From contig CBDCTJ010000007.1 of NCBI GenBank assembly GCA_965222115.1, forward strand, positions 2,240,001 through 2,304,000: DNA of 64,000 nt, read 5' to 3'. This DNA comes from Planctomycetota bacterium (GTDB taxonomy: Bacteria > Planctomycetota > PLA2 > JAEUHO01). Below the pieces are notes generated by a model that worked only from the letters and a program-made list of their open reading frames with translations, was not told the origin of the DNA and did not search any database. A program made the translations under genes and the position numbers. Numbering within the stretch: the stretch's first letter is position 1; every line of letters starts with the position of its first letter. Shown here in pieces: positions 37,449 to 48,832 of this stretch.

Positions 37449-39851
37449 ATGAAGATCAATCGGACGCTTCGCGTGGCCATAGCCCTATTGTTTCTCGGGG
37501 CGTTGGGTTTCAGCTCGGCACATGGCAAAGACGTCGAAGTTTCAAAAGCCTGGGAACGCAACTGGAAACAGATTGAGCGTCATGACGTGCTTGAACTGGG
37601 CGGCATGAACACCAAGAAGGCCGCGCTTCGGGCGCTTCCGTTTTGGCTGGGGCAAACGGGGCTCATCGCACGCATGGATCGCGAGAAGCTTCGCTATGTC
37701 GTCACGGGCGTGACGAAGGGTTCACCGTCCGATGGGCTCATCAAAGAGGGCGATGTACTTGTGGGTGCAAATGGGAAGGCATTCGCGCGTCCAGAGAGTT
37801 ATCCCGAGTTCGTGGGTCCGCAAGTGGCACTCGGCAATGCGATGCTTGAGAGCTGGGGCAAGCACCAAGGGCAGTTCAAGCTCGACGTTGTGCGTGACGG
37901 CAAGCAGAAAGCCATCACCCTCACGCTTCCGGGTCGTGGCATGTTTGGGGCATCGTTTCCAGAAAAGGACGCGCTCGCCGACGCCATGATTTCGGCAGGC
38001 TGTTCGTTGCTTGTCGCTCGGCAGCTTCCGAGTGGTGCCTGGAGTACAGGCAAGAAGAAGGGTCGGAAGGCGCCCTCGTTCCACACAACATCCCTTGCGA
38101 CCCTCGCGCTTATGGCATCCGATGAGAAGCGTTGGCGTTCGGCGATTAAGCGTGCGGCGCACTGGCTGCGCGATCGCCCGCCGGCCAAACACTTTCTCTC
38201 ATGGCACTATCCCTACCTCGCCATTGTGTTGGGGGAGTACTACCTCCTGACCAAAGACAGCTCGGTGAAGCCGGTGTTTCAACGAGCCGCCGACCTCATG
38301 GTGGAAGGTCAGTTTGACTATTACGGCTCCGGACATTCGTCGTATACCGGCAACTATCGTGGCAATGGGATTTCTGTGTGTACGACTCACGTGCTGCTCG
38401 GATTGGCCTATGCCAAGCGGTGTGGCGCCAAGGTGCCCAGCGAAGTCTTGGGCAACACGATGGATCACATTGAACGCATCAGCCCGCACGGCGGCGTGCC
38501 TTACGTCATTTGGGGACGCACCGAGAAGGCCTTGAAGGAGCCGCCAACCACACCCAACAAGCGCAACGAACACGCCACGCGAACAGGAACGGCACTCATT
38601 GCGTTTCGAATGCTTGATGGTCATCCGGCCCATCAAAAGCGCATGAGTGACTTCCTCGCGCGCAATAGCGACTACATGGACAACGGCCATGCCACCGCCA
38701 ACACCCTCAGTTGGTTGTGGGGCTCTTGGGGGTTGGCGTGTGGCGATTCCAAAGGATTCGCCGATCACATGCGGCGGCGCGCGTGGTGGATTGCACTCAA
38801 GTGGCGACACGACGCGGGCACCATGTCGCAGCCCGCCGAGTGCGTGAACTTTCGCGGTTCCGATCATGCGCTCGGGCCCCACGCCGATGTTGCGTGTCAA
38901 GTCGCAGTGTTGGCCGCACCGCGTCGCACATTGCTCGCCACGGGTCGTGCGGATCGCAGCACCACAAGCGCGTCGGCTGATTCCAAGCGTCGCCTTGTTT
39001 CGCTCGCGCGTTGGGACCATCACCACGGACGGTTGCGTCGCCTTGATCTCATTCCTGCACTGATCAAGAAGAAGGTGCCATTGCTTGCGGACGTTCGAAA
39101 CGATCTTGCCGCATTAGATCCCGATAAGCCAAGTGAGTGGTCCAGGGGATACGAAAAGGTGGCCAAGCGGCTTCCGAAGTTGTGTCGTCAATTGCAGGCC
39201 GCTGCCAAGAACGAATATGACAAGCGCGCATGCGTTCTGCTCGCCACCGCGATTCGACCGAGCATCGACGTCAAACTCACACCCAAAGGCCTCCGCGTGC
39301 GCGGTCGCGTTGAGCAGATTCCCTTCGGCAGTGTGTCACTGCGACTCGTGTTTGATACAGGCGGGAAGGGCCGCGCTTCGGTTCGCAAGCTCCCCGCCAA
39401 CATCGAGGGCAATGCGAAAGGCGGACCGCTTGACCGGGCCAAGCACGAAGCGTTTAGGACCGTTCTCAAGCTCAAGGGCAAGGCGCCTACGCTGATCGAT
39501 TTGCCGGCGACATGTCATATGGAGTGGCAGGGTGTGACGCTCGCGTTTCCGGTGCGCATTCAACACGGAACCAACCCGCATCGCTTCGCCTTCGCCCATC
39601 GCCAACCCCTCATTCGCGTGCCGCTCAAGATCACGCAGTGGGGCAACGAGGGTGTGTTGCTCAGTGGCGGTCTTCGTGACCGTTTGACTTTGAGCTGCAA
39701 TCAAGTCGGCGCGCTCGATGGTGGCGCCTGGCGACTTCTCAAGCGCGAAGAACGCACCAAGAAGTTCCCGCCAAATTCAAAGGTCTGGTGTTCGCTCTAC
39801 GACTTGGGATTTCATCGTCCGTTTGTGCACCAGGTGCAGGCGTGGAAGTAG
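37449..39851 (+). CDS. Secreted PDZ + alpha/alpha-barrel protein (DUF6288-like)
   Basis: Signal peptide; LGQTGL..V..V.KGSPSDGLIKEGDVL.GANG PDZ; QLPSGAW, SWHY..IVLGEYYLLTKD. Confidence 0.7.
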   Translation: MKINRTLRVAIALLFLGALGFSSAHGKDVEVSKAWERNWKQIERHDVLELGGMNTKKAALRALPFWLGQTGLIARMDREKLRYVVTGVTKGSPSDGLIKEGDVLVGANGKAFARPESYPEFVGPQVALGNAMLESWGKHQGQFKLDVVRDGKQKAITLTLPGRGMFGASFPEKDALADAMISAGCSLLVARQLPSGAWSTGKKKGRKAPSFHTTSLATLALMASDEKRWRSAIKRAAHWLRDRPPAKHFLSWHYPYLAIVLGEYYLLTKDSSVKPVFQRAADLMVEGQFDYYGSGHSSYTGNYRGNGISVCTTHVLLGLAYAKRCGAKVPSEVLGNTMDHIERISPHGGVPYVIWGRTEKALKEPPTTPNKRNEHATRTGTALIAFRMLDGHPAHQKRMSDFLARNSDYMDNGHATANTLSWLWGSWGLACGDSKGFADHMRRRAWWIALKWRHDAGTMSQPAECVNFRGSDHALGPHADVACQVAVLAAPRRTLLATGRADRSTTSASADSKRRLVSLARWDHHHGRLRRLDLIPALIKKKVPLLADVRNDLAALDPDKPSEWSRGYEKVAKRLPKLCRQLQAAAKNEYDKRACVLLATAIRPSIDVKLTPKGLRVRGRVEQIPFGSVSLRLVFDTGGKGRASVRKLPANIEGNAKGGPLDRAKHEAFRTVLKLKGKAPTLIDLPATCHMEWQGVTLAFPVRIQHGTNPHRFAFAHRQPLIRVPLKITQWGNEGVLLSGGLRDRLTLSCNQVGALDGGAWRLLKREERTKKFPPNSKVWCSLYDLGFHRPFVHQVQAWK

Positions 39852-40101
39852 GGGCTACCTCGCGGGTACTCCCGCGGCATTCTCGAAGTTGGCCGCATGG
39901 GCTCACGGTCAACACTTAAATCGAGCTTCCTCGCGCATAGCGGGCGCCTTTCTGTACTTCGTTGAGCATCCTGCGTGTGACTGCAAGCAATGCGTTACAC
40001 GCGCCGGAGATCGGGCACTACGTCATGAAAAGTGTGGAATTTGTCCGTACACCGTATCTCTCCAAGTGGATCGCAGATCCACGTAGTGCGCACCGAAGGA
40101 C

Positions 40102-40605
40102 CTATTTACGGTTCGCGTCAAATCGACTGAACGCAAAGGCCTCAATTCGCCCTGCAAGCTCGGGCCGTCCGACTAGAACAACAATCCCTGGTACGTTGCT
40201 AACGTCCTGAAGCTCAGGATCAATCGCGCAGTCACGGAAGAACTCAAGCGCTTCTTCCAGGCTCTCGTCTGCATGCCACGTTGTCATCGTAAAACTTGGG
40301 CCCTGAGTCTCTCTAGTCTCACGCTCAACAAGAGTTTCATCCATAAGGTCGTGAAGCAGCTCGCAGTTTGGTCCCCATGTACAGAAGTATGCGAGTCCCT
40401 GCTCGATTGCCCGATCAGCGAACGAATTCCAAACTCGACATGCGTCTTCCGCAACGTCACGCCCGTCCATCACCATGAACAAGCTGAAGCGACGCCCTTC
40501 AATTGGCAAGTCCGTGGGCCAGTCGCAAAGGTCATCGAGCATAAGCAGCATGTACGGTCGACCCGTTGTACTTGAAGCGCTTGTGAGTTGTCGCTGGACC
40601 ATCAT
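40102..40605 (-). CDS. Hypothetical acidic protein
   Basis: Globular-looking core (GLAYFCTWGPNCELLHDLMDE..MTTWHADESLEEALEFF). The longer ORF start runs into the repeat and is rejected. Confidence 0.7.
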   Translation of the reverse strand: MMVQRQLTSASSTTGRPYMLLMLDDLCDWPTDLPIEGRRFSLFMVMDGRDVAEDACRVWNSFADRAIEQGLAYFCTWGPNCELLHDLMDETLVERETRETQGPSFTMTTWHADESLEEALEFFRDCAIDPELQDVSNVPGIVVLVGRPELAGRIEAFAFSRFDANRK

Positions 40606-40752
40606 GCTGGGCAGTGTAGCTAGAGTCGTGGCGTAGGGATCGCAAAGAAGTGCCGGGGTCGAGTTTGTGGTCTTGCGTGACTGCCCCCGTTCCCCGTTAC
40701 CCCGACTCAACGGTGAGTGTTCGGTGATCGATTCGAGCCACTTTAAGACGTG

Positions 40753-41167
40753 GACGTCGAGAGCAAATGGCTTTGCCATTTGCACGAGACCCTGAGTAAG
40801 CACCAGCGGATCTCTGATCCGCGCAGTGCGCATCGAAGGGTGGACATGAACGATCGAGCCTTCCCTTTGCCGACCCGCTGGCGATGCCCCACGTCAACTT
40901 CAACGGCCCCGAAGGGGCCACGGAACAATAGCCCAGTGTGAAGCGCAAGCGCAGCGGCGCGTAACGCTGGGTTTAGATATCCCCTAAAAAGAGCCCACCC
41001 TGAATGGGTGGTGGAAACGCACGAGCATCGGGAAGCGGAATCTCGCATAAGCGATTCGCGGTCTTCATGGTGGAGATTGGAAACGTGTTCGTTGGAAGTG
41101 GCAGTTGCGGATGGTGACCGAGCACTACGCCATGAATGTGTGCATTTTGCCCGTACACCGTATCTCC
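40753..41167 (+). repeat. Modular palindromic repeat element, copy B
   Basis: First ~100 bp nearly identical to copy A; core 40927-40972; ends in the 33-bp motif. Confidence 0.9.
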
Positions 41168-41246
41168 GTATCCCACGGGTGGGCGTAGCCGGTACGCAGG
41201 ATCTCTGAATCTGGTGGGAAGAAACACGGAAACGTCTCCCAGACCC

Positions 41247-41720
41247 TTAGTACCCCTTAGGGAGGAAGATGCTGGGCAGATCATTCTGGCTTGCCATTTC
41301 AACCAGCCCACTGGTCATTTCTGGACACACGTCATTGTCGCGTTTCGGATTTGACGACTTCACGGGCTCGGTTTTATGCAAACTATCAACGGTTCGTGTA
41401 TCGCCAGGTGTATCGCCCGATTTCATCCTTACGAATCTGGCGCCGATCCCAACAATGACCGCAGTACAGATCACTTGTAAGATCGGGAGCAGTGGGTACT
41501 GAATACCATCATGCTTCTTTAGAAATACCGCCGCTATGAGTCCAAGGCCTAGAATGGTACCGCCGATGGCCTGCACGATTTTGACGCGAGCGTTTGCAAG
41601 TATGCGAATGACTTCAGCGGCATCATCTTCTTTGACTTTTTGGATAAGTATGTGTTCAGCGTTCATACACCACTCGATTTCTTCTGCCCTTGTGATGTGA
41701 TCCAGAGTTCCGTGCGCCAA
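41247..41720 (-). CDS. Small 2-TM membrane protein (start uncertain, possibly 41666)
   Basis: Two hydrophobic segments, AIGGTILGLGLIAAVFL and LLPILQVICTAVIVGIGA; follows the MraZ-like gene. Confidence 0.5.
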   Translation of the reverse strand: MAHGTLDHITRAEEIEWCMNAEHILIQKVKEDDAAEVIRILANARVKIVQAIGGTILGLGLIAAVFLKKHDGIQYPLLPILQVICTAVIVGIGARFVRMKSGDTPGDTRTVDSLHKTEPVKSSNPKRDNDVCPEMTSGLVEMASQNDLPSIFLPKGY

Positions 41721-42148
41721 ATCTCAAGCCGATTACCAAATGCCATGACCACCGCGCCGTTGGGATGTGTCGGTACGGCGTCCAGCACGCGGGCCCATCG
41801 CGGCAACTGAATAGTTAGGCGATCAGACTCAATGTGCAATCGCACGGGTCCGAAGTATCGAGTGGTCAGACCGGGCACCGAGGCTGGCGGCACGTCGTCG
41901 TCGAATTCGATCTCGTCATCCTCTGCTTGCTGCCACGGGCTCGTATCGGTGCCGGGCGCGTAGAGCACGAGCTTTCCACTCATTGCGACCCAGGCGACGG
42001 CGTCTTCGCCCTTTTTGAGCTCGTTGATCCACCGGACTTGCCGCGCAAACTCCAGCGGGACGCGCACACGATTTTGAGGTTCAACCTTCCGAAATTCGTG
42101 GCGGTGGGCATCGCTCACATTAACTCCTGCCAGCAGCTTGAGGTCCAT
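41663..42148 (-). CDS. Divergent MraZ/AbrB-like DNA-binding protein
   Basis: HEFRKVEPQNRVRVP and TIQLP..AVVMAFGNRLEIW...W resemble the two MraZ half-domains. Confidence 0.5.
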   Translation of the reverse strand: MDLKLLAGVNVSDAHRHEFRKVEPQNRVRVPLEFARQVRWINELKKGEDAVAWVAMSGKLVLYAPGTDTSPWQQAEDDEIEFDDDVPPASVPGLTTRYFGPVRLHIESDRLTIQLPRWARVLDAVPTHPNGAVVMAFGNRLEIWRTELWITSQGQKKSSGV

Positions 42149-42816
42149 TGATCATACATGAAATGGGAGCACAAATGAGCCTATATAAGCCTTTATCAGC
42201 CCAGATTATCGAATATACAAGATGTAGAACTATAAGATCGGTTTACCTACAAGATGCAGATTCAGGATCCAGGCGGTGGCCTGTGTCTACGGTTCGAATC
42301 AGTGGCCTTATTGCGAAACTGGTGTTTCCGCAGGCGACAACTCTCGCGCTCGCTCTTATGGCACGTAAGTAGATACGGTCTGATAGCGAATTGGACCTGA
42401 GGATCAAGATGGGGAACTGGTGGGAAGTGACCCATTCCGTCAGTCTTGAGCTGCAGATATTGGGTGCACATCGCGTGGACCGCGACATGAAGCCGAAGTG
42501 CGTCACTATTGGGCCGTGCAGAGGTGCTTCTGGAAACGACTCATCCGCCGGTTTGCGAGACGCAGCAGCAGCCGTTCAACGTCTATTTGGACGAATCCCG
42601 CCTCCGAACTTCGGGCGAGTGAACCGCCTCAGGGTGCTTCGTCTTCGTAGTGAAGACGATGCGTTGGCGACACATGTCGACTGCGTTTGTACCACCTTCA
42701 TGGAGAGCGCTGCGTACCCGCAACGCTTGGGCAGCATATCCGCCTTCTGCACGCTCGAGTTTCCTAGCAATGAAAAATGCGGTTTTTGCCCGTACACCGT
42801 ATCCCTTTCTGCATCT

Positions 42817-43782
42817 TTATCTGCTTGCTGTTGCTACCCGCACCCTTTCGACGAACCATGTCAACGTGTCCATGAAGGCGTCGAATGCGGACTCCGTACC
42901 GAGAACGCGATAGTCGAACGAAGGTCGCCGTGCCAGCGCGTCCTCGGGGATGGGGCGTACGCCAGGGATCCGATTGACGCGCTGCCGAAGCTCTTCGCGC
43001 AGTGCTTCGTCGTCGAATGGTCGACGTCTGAGCAAGTGCTGGAACACGACTTCCACGGGCCCGGTTGAATAGAAAGCAAAGGGCCAGATGCTGTCCTTGC
43101 AGTTGTGCGGGTCGTCGGGAACGGGCCATGAAAGGAACATGCTTCGTCGGCCAAAGCTGACGGTTCCGCCATTCGCGCCGCACCAGTCTGCAATGGATCG
43201 CAGCACCGGGACGAACTGCGGTCCTGCATCGTTCTCCACGTGCTGCAGGTACTCGTCGAGAGTCTTGGTGTGCTCGGGCGCCTTGACGATGGCTTTCGCC
43301 GTCGCCTGCCAATCATTGGGCCGGCACACCACAGTGAACACGGGTGCGGGATTGGAGTCGCCGATACGAACAGCCGATACCTCGACGCCAAAGAAGTGGA
43401 CTGAGGCATCGGTGTGTTCGTTCAGCCAGTCCAACGCCGCGCGATGCTCCTCACGTAGCTGCGGCGTTATCCACACGACTGCCGACGCGCCGATGCCGGC
43501 TGCGTATGTAAGGCATTGCCCTAGGTGAGTGTGGTCGCTGGACGCCAGTTGGTTCTCGATAGCGATTCGCGCGCCGGTACCCGACTCTGCAAGGATGTCG
43601 AGGGAGAACGCACCGACCGACATCTCTTGCTCGACAAGCGTGAGCCCGCCCACATCGAGTGCATCACCCAGTCGGTCGAGGTGAGCGGCCAGCCAAGGGG
43701 TAAAGTCTCTCGCTTCGTCCGGCCAGATCGTTCGCAGATCAACCGGTGTGAGAGATCCAAGTCTTTGGGGATCAAAGGTCAC
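42817..43782 (-). CDS. DUF4268-like protein with PD-(D/E)xK (EndoNucS-like) N-terminal domain
   Basis: DLRTIWPDEARDFTPWL..E..VG.F.LDIL..IENQL..SDHTHLGQ..TYAAG. Confidence 0.8.
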   Translation of the reverse strand: MTFDPQRLGSLTPVDLRTIWPDEARDFTPWLAAHLDRLGDALDVGGLTLVEQEMSVGAFSLDILAESGTGARIAIENQLASSDHTHLGQCLTYAAGIGASAVVWITPQLREEHRAALDWLNEHTDASVHFFGVEVSAVRIGDSNPAPVFTVVCRPNDWQATAKAIVKAPEHTKTLDEYLQHVENDAGPQFVPVLRSIADWCGANGGTVSFGRRSMFLSWPVPDDPHNCKDSIWPFAFYSTGPVEVVFQHLLRRRPFDDEALREELRQRVNRIPGVRPIPEDALARRPSFDYRVLGTESAFDAFMDTLTWFVERVRVATASR

Positions 43783-44061
43783 GGTTGCTCTCCATACAAG
43801 CTTGAAGCGATGGCATGTAGCTTAAGCGGACCCATGCGAGAACTCGACTCACATAGACAGCAGCATGTGGATATTGGAGAAGCGTCCTTGGCCGGCCATA
43901 GTCCCACTGATTGACTGCTGCTCGCGACGCTCCACGATTCACGCAGCTTGAGGCCGAACGCAGCACGTGGAAATCGCGTTGATGACTTGTTCACGTTTCA
44001 ACGCTGTTACGTGAGACAGTCTAGGTCAAGTCTCTTCGCTACTCAGCGGGCGCTCCCCGTC

Positions 44062-44332
44062 GACGTCAATGGCCCCAAAGGGGCCACGGAACAATAGCCC
44101 AGTGTGAAGCGCAAGCGCAGCGGCGCGTAACGCTGGGTTTAGACGTCCCTTAAATGGGGCCACCCTGCAGGGGTGGTGGAAACGCGCGGACATGGGACGC
44201 GGCATTCTGCGTAAGCGATTCGTCGTCCTGATGGTGGCGATTGGAGACGTGTTCGTCGGAAGTGGTCGTTGCGGAAGGTGACCGAGCACTACGCCATGAA
44301 AAGTGTGCATTTTGCCCGGACACCGTTTCTCC
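44062..44332 (+). repeat. Modular palindromic repeat element, copy C
   Basis: Core 44093-44138; collinear with copy B through to the 33-bp motif. Confidence 0.9.
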
Positions 44333-44449
44333 GGTATCTCAGTGAATCTCAACCGCATCTCGCAAGACTTGTTGTCTGTATCAGTGAGTATGCTACCTAG
44401 CGTTGAATAGTCCAAGCAAATCGCTGAGGCGAATGAGAGTTGACCGACT

Positions 44450-46219
44450 ATGACTGCCCTGCCACCATCCCTTTACGGCTGTTTCTCCGACATCGATGAG
44501 AACGCATTGACGCTTTCGTTCATTGCGCTTTCCCATCGGATCGCAGCTGTCCTCGAACGATCCAATTTGAGTGGCGTTGAATTGCCAATCGTACAAGCCG
44601 AACATTTCGTCATTGGGCTCAGCTCCAGCAGATCATCTGGCAAGACTCGTTGGGGGCTGTACTTCGGGCCTCGTTGGACGATTGGAGCCACTGAGTTTCC
44701 AGATCGCGCCATGCTTTGCGCGGCATATCTGGACCATTGGGTATCGCGCTGCCGTGAATCTCAAGCACCTGTTCTGGTAGCTCGCTATGCAGATTCCGCA
44801 TGGGAGTTGCGTGGCGATGTAAAGGGAGCAAGAGTCGAAGTAGAAGTTGCGCACCGCGCTATATCGGCCTACTTGAAATGCGCACGTTCGCCCGAGCAGC
44901 CTTGGCAGCGAATTCGCAATTGTGAGCGAGCTCTTCAACTTGCAGTTTCACTCAGTGATGAGAAACTCGTTAGGCAAGCCCTCGATGCGATACTGGAAGT
45001 CGCTGGCCAATCTGCAGAGAGTGTTCCAGCCACCACAAACCGAGTGATCCGAACGTTGGTGGGATACCGCAAGAAGCTCGATCTTTCGGATCCACGAATC
45101 GAGGATCTTGCAGGCCAATTGGTCTCCAGCCTAGATGCCTTGGACTCGCCCATGCCGCCTGTCCCCAACTTTCCTCAACTGTGTAGCAATGTCAAGACCC
45201 TTCAGTCATACGAAGGCGCGCGCAATCGGCAAAGCGAAGCTGATGCTCATGTAGAGAGGCTCGCGGTAGGTGCAATGAGCATTGCGATTCATGTAGAACC
45301 TCCTTTGGCGGCGTCCTGGATTACTAACGCGATTGAATTGTGCACCAGCCCAAATCTGCGCGAAAGGCTGAATGAACTTCAGGTGGCTCTTGAGCAAGCC
45401 AATACCCTATCGATGGAGCACATGACTGAGTTCTCTACCCGCATGACGATCTCTCAGCAAGAACGTGCAGACTTTGAGCGCGACTTGGTGAAGGGGGGGC
45501 TTGTTCCCGCTGTGAGTCGCTGGCTGAGAATCTTCAGGCCGACAATGGACATGGCACGAGAGCGACTCAAGCAAGAGGCTACGCAGCACCCACTCTTGCA
45601 TCTGATTGAGACGAACGTCATGGACGGCAGACATGTCAGAGCGCGCGTTGGTGGAATCCTTGACGACGAAGTAGGGCAACTGGTTCACTCGCAGTCAGCG
45701 ACAATGGTATTTGAGGCGCCTTTCATGCGAATGGCCATGAATGCACTTCGTCGCGAGTTCAGCTTCGGAGCACACACGTTCGTAGCCTTGCTTCAGAACT
45801 CTGTGGCGTTTGACGGCCACAGGAGCACCATTTTCAATCTTGGGTTCGATCACTATGTCAGAGGGGATTATACTTCTGCAATTCACCTGTTAGTGCCTCA
45901 AGTCGAACACCTGTTCCGAGGTATACTCAAATCGTGCGGCGTGACGCGGAGCGTTCCTGCAGCGGATGGGAGTTACAAAGAACGGCAGCTCGGTGGCCTA
46001 CTCAAGCATACAGACATCAAGCGGCATGTGTCGGAAGACACACTCTGGTATACCGAATGTCTGCTGACGGATCCGCGTGGATGGAACCTCCGCAATAAGG
46101 TCTGTCACGCACTGATACCAGATAGCGAGTTCACGCGAACAGCTTGCGAGCGAGTGATCCACCTAACGATGTTGGTGGCGTTTGAGGCTCTGCCTAGTGG
46201 TAGCAGTGATGGCAAGTGA
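44450..46219 (+). CDS. DUF4209-like protein with C-terminal HEPN-like RxxxxH motif
   Basis: SAIHLLVPQVEH.FR..L..LL..LTDPRGWNLRNKVCH. Confidence 0.75.
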   Translation: MTALPPSLYGCFSDIDENALTLSFIALSHRIAAVLERSNLSGVELPIVQAEHFVIGLSSSRSSGKTRWGLYFGPRWTIGATEFPDRAMLCAAYLDHWVSRCRESQAPVLVARYADSAWELRGDVKGARVEVEVAHRAISAYLKCARSPEQPWQRIRNCERALQLAVSLSDEKLVRQALDAILEVAGQSAESVPATTNRVIRTLVGYRKKLDLSDPRIEDLAGQLVSSLDALDSPMPPVPNFPQLCSNVKTLQSYEGARNRQSEADAHVERLAVGAMSIAIHVEPPLAASWITNAIELCTSPNLRERLNELQVALEQANTLSMEHMTEFSTRMTISQQERADFERDLVKGGLVPAVSRWLRIFRPTMDMARERLKQEATQHPLLHLIETNVMDGRHVRARVGGILDDEVGQLVHSQSATMVFEAPFMRMAMNALRREFSFGAHTFVALLQNSVAFDGHRSTIFNLGFDHYVRGDYTSAIHLLVPQVEHLFRGILKSCGVTRSVPAADGSYKERQLGGLLKHTDIKRHVSEDTLWYTECLLTDPRGWNLRNKVCHALIPDSEFTRTACERVIHLTMLVAFEALPSGSSDGK

Positions 46220-46495
46220 GCATCCGCATCGCAATCGACATGGCCTACGAGGTCCGTGGCTCCAAGTCCGCGCGATCATCGATTCCGCCGCGAAGCGTAC
46301 TCCCCACAGTTGTGAGCTACTTGGTAGAAGGAACGAAGACAGGTTGGACGCGCAAGCTCATCGATGCGAGGATTTCTCCCTTCACGGCTAGTTGGTTGAG
46401 CCTGCAATCAAGGTAATGACTCAGCCACCACCGCATAGCTCCCATTCCACGCCCTCCGCGCTATCCTTTCTCCCCTGAGGTGAAGGAGTCCCCGC

Positions 46496-48832
46496 ATGAG
46501 CGCCAGTTTCTCTCAGACTGCCGCCTACATCTGGTCGCTGGCCGACCTCCTCCGCGGTGACTTCAAACAATCCCAGTACGGCCGCGTCATCCTCCCGTTC
46601 ACGATTCTTCGCCGGCTCGAATGCGTACTGGCGGACACAAAGGAACGCGTTCTCAAGGAAGTCGAGAAGCGCAAAGGACTGCCCGAAGACGCGCGTGAGA
46701 AGTTTCTTCTGAAGGCGGCGGGGGAGTCGTTCTTCAACACATCGCCGATGGATCTTTCAAAGCTCGGCAGCGCCGACATCAAGAGCAACTTAATTACCTA
46801 CGTGGAGAGTTTTTCGAAAGACGCCCGCGAGATCTTCGAACACTTCAAATTCAGCGACTTCGTCGAGCGGCTTGATGAGGCCAACTTGCTGTTCAAAGTA
46901 GTTCAGAAGGTTGCGACGACGGATCTGAGCCCTAAGAAGATCGACAACCACCACATGGGGCTCGTCTTTGAGGAGCTGATTCGGCGCTTTGCTGAGAGTT
47001 CCAACGAGACGGCCGGTGAGCACTTTACGCCGCGAGACATTGTGCGGCTGACGACTTCGCTAGTGTTTATGGAAGACAACGATGCCCTATCGGAGAAGGG
47101 GATCATTCGTACCATTTACGATCCCACTGCAGGGACGGGCGGGTTTCTTTCGGCGGGGATGGACTACGTGCACGAGCTCAATCCAAAGACGCTCATGCGG
47201 GCGTTTGGTCAGGAACTCAATCCCGAAAGTTACGCGATTTGCAAGGGAGATATGCTCATCAAGGGGCAGGAGGTAGGGCTCATCAAGTGGGGCAATACGC
47301 TCAGCGACGACCAACATGCGGGACAGAAGTTCGACTACATGCTCTCCAATCCTCCTTTTGGGGTGGACTGGAAGAAGGTCGAGGGGAAGGTCAAGGACGA
47401 GCACAGGCTCAAGGGCTTTGACGGTCGCTTTGGTCCCGGGCTGCCGCGCGTGAGCGATGGATCGCTGCTCTTCCTCATGCATCTGATTAGCAAGATGCGC
47501 GATTTCGATCCGAACGATAGCGACAAGAGCGGAGGGCGCATTGGCATCATTCTCAATGGATCGCCTCTGTTCACCGGTGGGGCTGGTAGTGGGGAGAGCG
47601 AAATTCGCCGCCATATTCTGGAGAGCGATCTGCTAGAGGCCATCGTGGCGCTGCCAACCGACATGTTTTACAACACCGGCATCGCGACTTATGTGTGGAT
47701 CTTGTCGAACAAGAAGGACAAGGAGCGTAAGGGCAAGGTTCAGCTAATCAATGCGGTGCACCTCTATAAGAAAATGCGCAAGAGCTTGGGATCGAAGCGC
47801 CAAGAACTGGGTGACGACGACATTGCGCTCATTACGAGGACGTTTGGCGCGTTTGAGCCCGTCGAGACGTACCGCCTTGACGAAGACGAGGACAAGTCGA
47901 ATAATAGCGGTCGTCCATCGAGGAAGAAGAAGAAAGAGAGACGCGTCTTTGGTTGCAAGATCTTCGATTCGCACGAGTTTGGGTATCGGCGAATCACGGT
48001 GGAGCGCCCCCTGAGGCTTTCGGCGCAGTTCACCGATGAGCGCATCGCAGAATTGCGTTTCGCAACGGGACGATTGAGCGCACCCATGCAGCGAATCTAT
48101 GAGCAGTACGGCGCCACATGGACCAAAGACGAGACCGGCGAAAGCTATGGCAGACTCGATGGCGTGGAGGACGAGGTGCGTGCCATGATTAAGGCCGACT
48201 TCAAGGAGCTGAAGGAGAAGCAGGTCAAGGAAGTGCTGGCCGCCAAGGCATGGTTGGCGCAGAGGGACTTGCTGGGCAAGGCCACGCGGCTTCAGTCGGT
48301 GATCGGTACCGAACAGTTCGACGATTTCAATGAGCTTGATGGTGTGCTCAAGGGAGCGCTCAAAGAGGCGTCTATCAAGCTGGAGGCGAAGGAGAAGAAG
48401 CAGCTCCTGAGTGCAATTACGTGGACCAATCCCGACGCGGAGCCCGTCGTCAAGAGGGTGCTCAAAACGAAGGCTGATTCCATGTACGGGGAGTTTGAGT
48501 ATCGCGGTCAGGTTGTTCAGTTTCAGCCAGATAGCAATCTTCGCGACAATGAGGATGTTCCGCTCACCGCTGAGACCGCGCGGGGCGTGAATGTGAATGC
48601 AGTGAATGAGACCTATTTCAACAAAGAAGTCGCACCGCACGTGAAGGACGCATGGATTGATGCCGGCAAGTGCGACGGGCGGGATGAGCAGATTGGGATT
48701 GTGGGCTATGAGATTCCGTTCAATCGTCACTTCTATCAGTACGAGCCGCCAAGGGACTTGAAGGAGATTGATGCGGACCTGGATGCGCTGAGTGCGAAGA
48801 TTATGGAGATGTTGCAGGAGGTGCGGGCTTGA
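46496..48832 (+). CDS. hsdM: Type I RM methyltransferase subunit
   Basis: [36 protein letters not shown]. Confidence 0.96.
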   Translation: MSASFSQTAAYIWSLADLLRGDFKQSQYGRVILPFTILRRLECVLADTKERVLKEVEKRKGLPEDAREKFLLKAAGESFFNTSPMDLSKLGSADIKSNLITYVESFSKDAREIFEHFKFSDFVERLDEANLLFKVVQKVATTDLSPKKIDNHHMGLVFEELIRRFAESSNETAGEHFTPRDIVRLTTSLVFMEDNDALSEKGIIRTIYDPTAGTGGFLSAGMDYVHELNPKTLMRAFGQELNPESYAICKGDMLIKGQEVGLIKWGNTLSDDQHAGQKFDYMLSNPPFGVDWKKVEGKVKDEHRLKGFDGRFGPGLPRVSDGSLLFLMHLISKMRDFDPNDSDKSGGRIGIILNGSPLFTGGAGSGESEIRRHILESDLLEAIVALPTDMFYNTGIATYVWILSNKKDKERKGKVQLINAVHLYKKMRKSLGSKRQELGDDDIALITRTFGAFEPVETYRLDEDEDKSNNSGRPSRKKKKERRVFGCKIFDSHEFGYRRITVERPLRLSAQFTDERIAELRFATGRLSAPMQRIYEQYGATWTKDETGESYGRLDGVEDEVRAMIKADFKELKEKQVKEVLAAKAWLAQRDLLGKATRLQSVIGTEQFDDFNELDGVLKGALKEASIKLEAKEKKQLLSAITWTNPDAEPVVKRVLKTKADSMYGEFEYRGQVVQFQPDSNLRDNEDVPLTAETARGVNVNAVNETYFNKEVAPHVKDAWIDAGKCDGRDEQIGIVGYEIPFNRHFYQYEPPRDLKEIDADLDALSAKIMEMLQEVRA

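Noticed and set aside
42391-43068. 225-aa plus-strand ORF
   Set aside because: Overlaps the DUF4268-like gene antisense and crosses a repeat motif; no recognisable features
36008-44332. Classical integron attC sites
   Set aside because: No RYYYAAC...GTTRRRY boxes, cargo in mixed orientation, no intI
46216-46416. 66-aa ORF overlapping the DUF4209-like stop
   Set aside because: Short, with no motif; cannot be supported from sequence alone
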